Shown piece after piece: positions 1 through 7,391 of a DNA stretch of 24,000 nucleotides. Origin of the DNA: Nitrososphaeraceae archaeon (GTDB taxonomy: Archaea > Thermoproteota > Nitrososphaeria > Nitrososphaerales > Nitrososphaeraceae). The first letter of the stretch is position 1; each line of letters opens with the position of its first letter. The position numbers and the translations under genes are program-made. Location: the NCBI GenBank assembly GCA_019246625.1, contig JAFAQB010000431.1:1-24000 (forward strand). Reading direction: 5' to 3'. A model generated the notes under the pieces. That model was not told the DNA's origin, ran no database searches, and saw nothing but the letters and a program-made list of their open reading frames with translations.

Positions 1-121
1 CCTGACGTACAAGCCGGATAGAATCGATACGCTCCGGTACAGATCCATAGCCGTGGCTCAAACCCATGCAACCATAACCTATGGCGGAAACTTCCAGGTT
101 TCTCAGTTTTCTTGTTTTCAT
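1..121 (-). CDS. Aldo/keto reductase, 5' end only (gene continues beyond the left edge)
   Basis: Absent from the ORF track because it is truncated. The minus-strand ATG at 121-119 reads MKTRKLRNLEVSAIGYGCMGLSHGYGSVPERIDSIRLVRQ, the usual AKR N-terminus (LEVSxxGxGCMG). GGAGG at 134-130 lies 8 nt upstream of the ATG. The + ORF 53..244 is its antisense shadow. Confidence 0.6.
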   Translation of the reverse strand, partial: MKTRKLRNLEVSAIGYGCMGLSHGYGSVPERIDSIRLVRQ

Positions 122-282
122 AATGGCATCCTCCATTATCTTTTCAAACACTTAGATTTTATTAACCTTGGACAAAGCATTCATCTAGATATTAGCAAGT
201 TGATCGCCAACTGGTTTCCCATGCTCTACGATGACCGACCTTAAGCAGAGCAGTATCTACCCCTTAATTCTGCTAGTCGTAG

Positions 283-687
283 TTATCGACTACCCCCTTG
301 GTATTGTTCATCGCTGACCTTCTCCATCCAATCGACTGTCTTGCCATCGATCTGTTCCTGAATGGCGATATGAGTCATATCTGTAGTCGAAGTGGCACCA
401 TGCCAATGCTTTTCACTAGGCGGAATCCAAACCACGTCACCAGGACGGATTTCCTCGACAGGGCCATCCCAGCGTTGTGCTAAACCGCAACCAGTTGTCA
501 CGATCAGAATCTGACCTAGCGGATGGGTATGCCACGCGGTACGGGATCCAGGCTCAAATGTAACACTGGCGCCGACTGCCCGCGCTGGATCGTTTGCTTG
601 GAACAGGGGGTCAATTCTCACGCTGCCGGTGAAATAATCAGTCAAGCCTTTAGTTGAAGGCTGGGAGCCGGTTCGTTTAATATCCAT
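283..687 (-). CDS. Cupin-domain protein (bacterial-type small cupin)
   Basis: ATG 687-685 to TAA 285-283, 134 aa. The cupin barrel motifs are [20 protein letters not shown] and [20 protein letters not shown]+C is visibly higher than in the rest of the window. Confidence 0.85.
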   Translation of the reverse strand: MDIKRTGSQPSTKGLTDYFTGSVRIDPLFQANDPARAVGASVTFEPGSRTAWHTHPLGQILIVTTGCGLAQRWDGPVEEIRPGDVVWIPPSEKHWHGATSTTDMTHIAIQEQIDGKTVDWMEKVSDEQYQGGSR

Positions 688-740
688 TTTCTTTTGAGTC
701 TTTTTTTGGCTTTAAGCGATATATCTATTATTTGTTGCAC

Positions 741-780
741 CGTCACCTGATGAACCGGTTAACGTCAAGTGACGTCAAAG
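741..780. promoter_or_regulatory. Cluster of CGTCA repeats and palindromes upstream of the cupin gene (candidate operator)
   Basis: CGTCA occurs at 741-745, 763-767 and 773-777. ACGTCAA at 762-768 and 772-778 is spaced 10 bp apart. Perfect palindromes are TGACGTCA (770-777) and AACCGGTT (753-760). There is an imperfect inverted repeat GTCACcTGA (742-750) / TCAaGTGAC (765-773). The cluster lies 55-95 nt upstream of the cupin ATG. Confidence 0.25.
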
Positions 781-981
781 AATAAGCGACTCTATCATAG
801 TATGCAGAGTTATCCATTATAGTCCATCCTTTGTCTCCTGTGTACAAGCTCAGTAAAATATGTAATGGTAACAGGTGAAATCAGGGAAAGTACAAGGGTA
901 TCAGCACAAGAATTACTGATATCAGATGGTATCATAGAAAAGATATAGGCAGGTGATCTCTTTATTATAGTAACACTACAA

Positions 982-1176
982 TTGGCAAGTGACAATAACA
1001 CTCAAAGAGAAAGCAAAGTTTTAGAGCTATACAACAATCAAGGCAAGACAACTCGAGAGATTGCAAAGGAACAAAGACTGTCGTTAAGAGATATTAGCCT
1101 TATTCTAAAAAAGCATGGAGTAAATCATGGAATTGCAACTATAGACGATGACAACAAGAAGTGTCATTCCAAATAA
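982..1176 (+). CDS. Small helix-turn-helix protein (transposase/resolvase-type HTH), possibly a gene fragment
   Basis: 64 aa. GKTTREIAKEQRLSLRDISLILKKHG reads as a classic HTH. The only available start is TTG at 982, because the frame is closed by TAG at 946-948 and has no ATG. An AT-rich TATA-like run at 961-969 is too close to serve this start. Confidence 0.45.
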   Translation: MASDNNTQRESKVLELYNNQGKTTREIAKEQRLSLRDISLILKKHGVNHGIATIDDDNKKCHSK

Positions 1177-1288
1177 CTAACAGCTGGTCAAAGGCATACG
1201 AACTAGTTCCAGTTCAAATAACAGTAGGATAGTTTTTACTAATCAAGCCAAGTATGCAAAAGTTCTAAAGTATTATGAAGCTTGATAC

Positions 1289-1565
1289 AGCTATCTGTGG
1301 GCCTATGAACTTTCATCATTTTTGCTTAGATTTATAGACTAGTATTAGTTTTCCTGAAGGATATATCAACATTACTTCCAAGTGAGTGATAGTCTTGCCA
1401 AACCACATATACATTACTTCCAGATAAAGCTATCTGTTGGCCAAATGAGTGTCCATTATTATTGCTTAGATTTATCCCAGCGCAGCGCCATTGCTAAAAG
1501 TATTTCCAGTACTTTTCCTGAAGAATATATCGCCATTTCCATTTACAGTAGTCATATCTTGCCAA
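1289..1565. repeat. Degenerate tandem duplication, two units of about 113 and 138 bp
   Basis: Unit A is 1289-1401 and unit B is 1428-1565. Both begin AGCTATCTGT.GGCC..ATGA...TTGCTTAGATTTAT, share TTTTCCTGAAG(G/A)ATATATC and end TCTTGCCAA. Hand alignment of the first ~48 nt gives about 38 matches. Unit B has a ~25-nt internal insertion. ACATTACTTCCA also recurs at 1369-1380 and 1411-1422. Confidence 0.6.
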
Positions 1566-1686
1566 CTAATTTTGCAATAATTAGATAGATAGAAAAAGGG
1601 CCAACCTACAACGTTCGTGGCTTTATCCACTACTGCTAATATTTTGAAATGTACTGACAGAATTTTTGATTCTTATACTATACTTA

Positions 1687-3162
1687 CTATGTTATTTCTT
1701 GCAAAAATATATTGCTATCGAGCTTTGAAAATATGGGTAGGTCTATTCTTGCTCCGGGTTTCATTATTTCCCTGAGATCTTTCCCCGGTTGTTTTTCTTT
1801 CCACCATTTATCCCCATATTTGTTTCTAATGTATATCTCTAGTTCGGCAGCTCTTACAACTGCAAGCAGGTAGCTTGGTACGTACATTATTGATTCAGGA
1901 AGAATATGATGTAATAACCAATATTCTCCTGGTATCTCAAATCCAGTATATTCTTTTATTAGCTTAGTGTATAGTTCACACGCTTGATGTATTGACACGT
2001 TTTCCTTCCAATATGCTAACTTCATTAACGAATTTGCTGCATAAAATGTGACAAAAAACAATTCCATAAAATGGGTTTTTGATATCAGTTTGCTGATCAT
2101 GTTTTGATTTTTTTCATTCAAATTAGATAATGATAGTATATAGCTGCTGTTTTTTGTCAGCCGTTCTAAAAACGTAGAAAATATCTCTGCTATACCCATC
2201 GGAATTCTGTATTTGTCCCAATAATTATTTTTTGCATCTACAGAGCTAGCATGCATAGCATGTCCGGTTTCATGAAAACAAGATTGAAGGTCAAAATATG
2301 GGCTCTCTCTCTTATAGAGTATTCGTATGTCGTTAGGTATCTTTACAAAGAAGCATATGGGTGATGGATATTTGTTCCTTCTATCTTCAGTATCAAAATA
2401 GATCTTAGACAAATCAAATTCCATATTTACAAGTGTATTTTTGACTTCCCTAAGTGGATCTATAGTTAAAAAATTACTGTCTATATCAGAGTATATTTTA
2501 TTTCTAAAAAAGTAAAAATCGTCATAATATTCCGGTTCTTTACCAAGAACTGTCTTACCAATATCGGTTAATGCATCTCTAAACGGTTTCTTTGCTCTTT
2601 GTCCCATGGATTTTACCAGGTCGATTAATTTCTCGTATGATATATTTTCTTCTTCCAAATAAGCAGAAATCGGATCTAGTTCATTATCCATTTCTTTGTC
2701 ATCTTTAATATGTCTATTTTCTGCATAGACTTGTTTTATTTGTGAAAATCTATTTTCTATGATCGGTGATATATGTTTGGTTTTTTCGATAAATTCATCA
2801 AATACCTCTTTTCGATTTTCAGGGTTTTGCTCAACGCTATTGAACTGGCGCCAAGTACTCCAGTTGACTGGAGAATCTTTGAACATATGTCTTGAGGAAG
2901 TAATCTTTGTGTTTCTTATGCGATGCAATTCTAGTTCGAGTTTCTTAGTCCTAGAATAGGCAATATCCTCTATTGCTCCAAGAAGAAGAGATTTGGGCTG
3001 TGAGAAAAAATCAATGAATACTTGTGAATTACTTATTTTCATTTCTGCAAGCCGTTCTATTATCTCTTCATTATAGTTGAGACCTGCATAATGCTTGTAT
3101 TCTTCATCTGTTTGTGAAACATATATCAGCTCATCTAACTCACACCATTGTTCTAAGTTCAT
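1687..3162 (-). CDS. M3-family zinc oligoendopeptidase (PepF-like)
   Basis: 491 aa with an ATG start. The HExxH motif is FHETGHAMH, and a Glu 25 residues after the second His (GIAEIF) gives the spacing of the third zinc ligand in M3 peptidases. It is shorter than typical PepF. Confidence 0.75.
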   Translation of the reverse strand: MNLEQWCELDELIYVSQTDEEYKHYAGLNYNEEIIERLAEMKISNSQVFIDFFSQPKSLLLGAIEDIAYSRTKKLELELHRIRNTKITSSRHMFKDSPVNWSTWRQFNSVEQNPENRKEVFDEFIEKTKHISPIIENRFSQIKQVYAENRHIKDDKEMDNELDPISAYLEEENISYEKLIDLVKSMGQRAKKPFRDALTDIGKTVLGKEPEYYDDFYFFRNKIYSDIDSNFLTIDPLREVKNTLVNMEFDLSKIYFDTEDRRNKYPSPICFFVKIPNDIRILYKRESPYFDLQSCFHETGHAMHASSVDAKNNYWDKYRIPMGIAEIFSTFLERLTKNSSYILSLSNLNEKNQNMISKLISKTHFMELFFVTFYAANSLMKLAYWKENVSIHQACELYTKLIKEYTGFEIPGEYWLLHHILPESIMYVPSYLLAVVRAAELEIYIRNKYGDKWWKEKQPGKDLREIMKPGARIDLPIFSKLDSNIFLQEIT

Positions 3163-3373
3163 TGTTAATGATTTTGTATCTGTAACACTTCATTTTATTA
3201 ACGCATCTATTATAATGAAATAACGCGTGAATTTCATTAAAGATAACTCAGTCTATGGTTTCCTGTGAACTCTGTTCCTGCTGTTTCTCCTAAGCTTGCT
3301 TTGTCACTCCCATTGTTATATAGGGGCTGTTGTTGATAGGGATTAGAGGTAAGAGCAGTAGAAGGAAGAGAAG

Positions 3374-3781
3374 TTATATGAAAAGTATCGTCGAAATTGT
3401 CGGTATCGTCGGAAGTGCCATTTTGAGCATGATTTTGTGCTGAATTCTGTATGTGTTATAAGTCCCAATTCACTTATGCAGGGGATCTTCACTTTCAGAT
3501 TTACGGAGGCCATTAAGAAATGCAAGAACATCTTCCTGTCTTTTCATCTGCTTGAAATCTTTGTCATTTGATCTTGTAGATAAATTACATAGTACATCGA
3601 CGATATCCTGTTTATAATTCCTTGAAGGATTAATTTCAGATTCTAACGCCACCAAATAATTCGAAATTGTCATTGCATTGTCTTGGTTTGTCAGCGTAGA
3701 TAACTTTCTGTGGATACTTGCGGTCATTGCAGTCGTTGTTGTCGCTAGTTCTGTTCTTATACTTTTTGATGAAGCCTTCAT
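3374..3781 (-). pseudogene. Truncated tyrosine recombinase/integrase (N-terminal SAM-like domain only, in-frame stop)
   Basis: ORF 3470..3781 ends ...LRKSESEDPLHK, then TGA (3472-3470). The same frame continues IGTYNTYRIQHK... to TAA (3376-3374). From memory, archaeal integrase N-domains read DPLHKWIGTYN, so TGA probably replaces TGG (Trp). No catalytic domain follows. Confidence 0.55.
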
Positions 3782-4007
3782 AATTAAATGATGATCGAAT
3801 AATAGATATAATTGTCCTTATATAAGCACACATGCTATGTCTGTTTATATATTGCTAAGGTGTCATTAGGTCTCATATAATTAATTTTATTCTGTGTAGA
3901 TGACCAAATCTATCCATGGGAGAAGATATACTTTACTCATCAAGCACTTCAAGAAACAGTTACAATCAATATGTATATCTGTATATTATCATAAATGATT
4001 AGGAGTC

Positions 4008-4616
4008 TCAGATTACTTTCAATATTTTCCCATTGGGTTCTGCTTCCTTGTAAACCATTGCCTCAAATTTATATAGTTGTGATTCTGGCATAAGCCATAT
4101 GTCAGGTGGAGCATTTGCTTTATAGCAAATGTTAGTAAGATATTTATCTATATCCCAATTTAATTCCATCGCAACTTGAGGGAGTAGTAGTCCTGATCCA
4201 TACTTCCATTTTAGGATCAAACCATCTCTGCCAATCTTGATATGATTTTTATAGTCCATTGTGTCTTGTACCTTAATCTTCTCTGGTGATGAAAGAATGC
4301 TAACTTCAAAAATTATATTTGCAAGTTCGTCTCTACCTACTGACGAAAATCTAGGATCCTGTGTAGCTGCATCTATAGCAGCTTCGATTACCGATTGATA
4401 CAATTTTTTTTCAGGAATAGGGAAACCTATGCACCCTCGTAGATGTTCTTCCTTGTTCTTCCCTAGGTAGTATAAAGTAACAAATACTCCTGCTTCCTGT
4501 GATAACTGATTTTGGTCAATGGGATGAATAATAGTTGATTCGTCAAGATATTTTTTGACTGATTGTCTTGCTAGTCTGACTAATTGTTCTCCATCCTTGT
4601 CAGAAATTTTTATCAA
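4008..4616 (-). CDS. AMMECR1-domain protein (AmmeMemoRadiSam system protein A family)
   Basis: 202 aa. It carries the hallmark LRGCIGF motif in the context GVFVTL...HLRGCIGFP...DPRF, with the length and layout of archaeal AMMECR1 homologues. The start is TTG at 4616. Confidence 0.85.
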   Translation of the reverse strand: MIKISDKDGEQLVRLARQSVKKYLDESTIIHPIDQNQLSQEAGVFVTLYYLGKNKEEHLRGCIGFPIPEKKLYQSVIEAAIDAATQDPRFSSVGRDELANIIFEVSILSSPEKIKVQDTMDYKNHIKIGRDGLILKWKYGSGLLLPQVAMELNWDIDKYLTNICYKANAPPDIWLMPESQLYKFEAMVYKEAEPNGKILKVI

Positions 4617-4897
4617 CTGAATATAATAAAATTGAACTACATTTAAAATTAATTACTTGTTCAAACCCTGTTGCTGTAATGAGATCCTGTACTCTTATTA
4701 TGTTTACAGGAATTCTTAAGTGCGGCTAACTGCAAATCAACTTCACCTAAATTGATTATTTTATCTGAAGCTACTTAATTCTCTATTACATTCACACTCT
4801 ATCTCTCAGTTGTAAAGAATTAATAGTATATATGTAATAGAGGAGTGGAAGTTGATGATGAGTACTCATATATATTTATTTTTAACATCGTTTAATC

Positions 4898-5920
4898 TTA
4901 TTCCGTTGTACCGCTATCTCCAAATATGAGCCTCATTTCATCAAAAGTTAGTTTTTCACCGTTTGACATCTTTCTCAACGCAACCTCCTTCAACATGTTC
5001 CATCTTTCCTGATTCTCTTTGTTACGTTTGGTTCTTTCCTGTGTTGCTCCATACCTTGATGCACGTCTTTCCTCGCCTTCTCTTTGTTTTCTTTGTCTAT
5101 GTTGAATGTATTGCATTCGCGACTTTCTAAATTCAATTGCATTCAGTTGGGTCTCCACCATTTCTAATTTTGCTCCGATTTCTCTTATCCCATGAATTTC
5201 TTTTCTCCTCTCTTCGTATAGGCTTTCGCGCAAGTTTAATAATGTATCAAGGCTCGCCTTTAATTTACCAATCTTATTACCAAACTCTGATTTTTGGTCG
5301 AAAATACTATTTATTTTAGTTTTCAAAATCTCGTATCTAGATGAAATATTCCTATAATGATCCTCTTTCTTATGTATTATCTTCAAGGTATGTAGTTTTG
5401 TAGCAATTTCCTTCGATCTAGAAACCAATTTGCGTTCTTCATCTTTTGATAATTTCTTTGTCTGAATGTCATGCTCGATATGCTCCAGAGCCTTGCTCAG
5501 ATTTACGATGTCGTATCTTTCCTTACGCAACTTTGATGTGGCAGCTGATCCTGTCTTGTCATCAAAAGTCTTTATTTTATTTCTAGCTTCAATAAGGCTT
5601 TTCTTGAGTTCCATAAATTTAGCATATTCTGCATCCTTTTGCTCATTAATCTGCTTTAGTACTATTCGCAAATCCTCTAATCGAGTTCTCTCTTCGTCGA
5701 TCTGTATCTTAGTAGATTCGATCTTGTTATTGAGCTCTTGGATTCTTTGATCTCCGTTTTTTTGCTCTTCCAGAAGCGCTTTCTTGAATTCTGATAGGGT
5801 TTTTAGATTAGAATCTATTGAATTCTGATTTTGCGCTGCCGCGTTATTATTATTTCTTGCCGCAGTTGTCGTAGTAGTTGCTGTACTGCTGCTTCCGTTA
5901 CTATGTTGGTCTCGTACCAC
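4898..5920 (-). CDS. Long coiled-coil protein (archaeal COG1340-like), low-complexity N-terminus
   Basis: 340 aa with a GTG start. The body is heptad-like and K/E/R/L-rich throughout. The N-terminus is SSSTATTTTTAARNNNNAAAQNQN and the C-terminal tail is KLTFDEMRLIFG. No enzymatic motif is visible. Confidence 0.7.
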   Translation of the reverse strand: MVRDQHSNGSSSTATTTTTAARNNNNAAAQNQNSIDSNLKTLSEFKKALLEEQKNGDQRIQELNNKIESTKIQIDEERTRLEDLRIVLKQINEQKDAEYAKFMELKKSLIEARNKIKTFDDKTGSAATSKLRKERYDIVNLSKALEHIEHDIQTKKLSKDEERKLVSRSKEIATKLHTLKIIHKKEDHYRNISSRYEILKTKINSIFDQKSEFGNKIGKLKASLDTLLNLRESLYEERRKEIHGIREIGAKLEMVETQLNAIEFRKSRMQYIQHRQRKQREGEERRASRYGATQERTKRNKENQERWNMLKEVALRKMSNGEKLTFDEMRLIFGDSGTTE

Positions 5921-6065
5921 GTCGCTTATGGTTTGTTAGAGAACCGAAAATATATTTTTTCGTATTCAAAATGGCTATCTAGGGTAGTACAGAGGGAACT
6001 TATTTAAGGCTACGGACCTTCCCACATCTTTATATGGTATGACATTGTACATATAATGACGTCAT

Positions 6066-6458
6066 ATGGACGATTTTGAGAAGGACTTCCCAGACTTTAA
6101 TTGGAAGAATATTCCTGCCTACAGGCATCCTCTAGGAAAAGATTGCCCATGTCCAAAACATGAGTACATTCGTGAACAGATTAATATATCTAAAACTATA
6201 AGCCACAATAAATGGGAGGCTAGTCCGGAGAAAAAGAGAAAAACCCATGTCACTCTTAAATTATGTCCAGATCATTATAGTGTATATTTTGAGGAGGTAA
6301 TTCCATCTATGCCTTTGAAATATCGACTAATGACGAAAATTGCACTTAAAATTGGTGCAGTGGTAGTTCAAAAAATACCCTATATGCAGTCTGATCAATG
6401 CTTCTATTGTAAATTTGGTTCAGGGGGTTTTGATAAGAAAACACCTATAATTAGGTAG
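6066..6458 (+). CDS. Hypothetical Cys/His-rich protein
   Basis: 130 aa with an ATG start. A TATA-like TTTATAT sits at 6029-6035. CPCPKH, CPDH and CFYC pairs suggest metal binding. I do not recognise a family. Confidence 0.45.
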   Translation: MDDFEKDFPDFNWKNIPAYRHPLGKDCPCPKHEYIREQINISKTISHNKWEASPEKKRKTHVTLKLCPDHYSVYFEEVIPSMPLKYRLMTKIALKIGAVVVQKIPYMQSDQCFYCKFGSGGFDKKTPIIR

Positions 6459-6597
6459 GGAAAATAATGCTCTAATAATTAAGCTTTTTATATCCTAAGT
6501 TACATTAATTTCTATCTTACTTTGACAGTTGTGATTGCTGCTGCTGTATGGGGTTATAGGATGAATATAAAGTAGTATCTTAACGTAATTGTTCCTC

Positions 6598-7320
6598 TTA
6601 GAATTCTTTGGGCCCGGATGATTTAGAATCTGCAAGCATATTTCGAAACATTGCAGTCTGATTTGAAGCAAAACCCAGAGAAAGCATGTTGCGTAAAATA
6701 ATATATAAGTAGGGAAAATCTTGCCTCATCTCTGATCTGTATCCCTCAAAAAAGGCCTTTTCTATTGTATAGTATCGAAAGCTTTCAAAATCAATAACAC
6801 TTGCTAGGAATGAACCTATATCCATACTTCTAGAGAAGACTGAATCTTTTCTTTGCATAAACCCTAAATCCGTTCTGACAACTAGATTATCCGATGTTAC
6901 AAGATAATTCTGTGACTTATTATCTATAAACACATATCCTGCCTTATGTAACTTTCCAGTTAAAGCTCCTGCTTGAAAAGCTAATGATGGTGTGCCCTTG
7001 CCCTCAGAAAATGCTCTGTAAAGATCACCGCCTTCTACGTATTCTTCAACAAGTGCTGTGTCTGAATAAGATATTAGCCCTGGTGTAGGAATTCCTAACT
7101 GTCCCAAATTTCTTCTCATCGTGTAGCCTTCACTGCTTGTTGTCATCCTTCCAAGTAATGGTGGCGAAGATGGATGTCCCAGAAGTATTGAAATTAAGGT
7201 ATATGCTGATATTAAAAGATACTCGTGAAAGTCCTTGGTTCTTTTATTTCGTTTAACGACGACTTTTTGTCCATTTAACTCTTCTATCGATATGTCTCTT
7301 TGCCAATTGATGAAATACAA
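6598..7320 (-). CDS. Small protein-kinase-fold protein (Bud32/RIO/Kdo-kinase-like)
   Basis: 240 aa. VVVKR supplies the VAIK-like Lys and LVEEYVEGGDL the hinge. The catalytic loop is GYVFIDNKSQNYLV, which keeps D-x-K-x-x-N but has Ile where His usually sits. TDLGF is the DFG-like motif. The start is TTG only. Confidence 0.6.
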   Translation of the reverse strand: MYFINWQRDISIEELNGQKVVVKRNKRTKDFHEYLLISAYTLISILLGHPSSPPLLGRMTTSSEGYTMRRNLGQLGIPTPGLISYSDTALVEEYVEGGDLYRAFSEGKGTPSLAFQAGALTGKLHKAGYVFIDNKSQNYLVTSDNLVVRTDLGFMQRKDSVFSRSMDIGSFLASVIDFESFRYYTIEKAFFEGYRSEMRQDFPYLYIILRNMLSLGFASNQTAMFRNMLADSKSSGPKEF

Positions 7321-7391
7321 CTATGAAAACTATAATATGATACTAGTATAAATTTTCAATATTTAATAAGACGTACTCCCAATCAACGATA

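Noticed and set aside
53-483. + strand ORFs 53..244 and 298..483
   Set aside because: They are antisense shadows of the aldo/keto-reductase fragment and the cupin gene, both of which have clear family motifs on the minus strand.
810-1001. 63-aa minus-strand ORF
   Set aside because: It has no motif and lies in the AT-rich intergenic region between the cupin and the HTH ORF, partly overlapping the HTH ORF start.
1382-1588. 68-aa + strand ORF
   Set aside because: It coincides with the second unit of the degenerate tandem duplication. It has a GTG start, no motif and low-complexity, unconvincing protein sequence.
2759-2959. 66-aa ORF antisense to the M3 peptidase
   Set aside because: It lies entirely inside a well-supported minus-strand gene and is a typical shadow ORF.
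3343-3833. Minus-strand ORFs 3343..3531 and 3636..3833
   Set aside because: They are alternative frames overlapping the integrase remnant. Their sequences are low-complexity, and the integrase-like frame explains the region better.
5137-5750. ORFs 5137..5319 and 5466..5750, antisense to the coiled-coil gene
   Set aside because: The repetitive K/E codons of the sense strand give stop-poor, F/L/S-rich antisense frames with no motifs.
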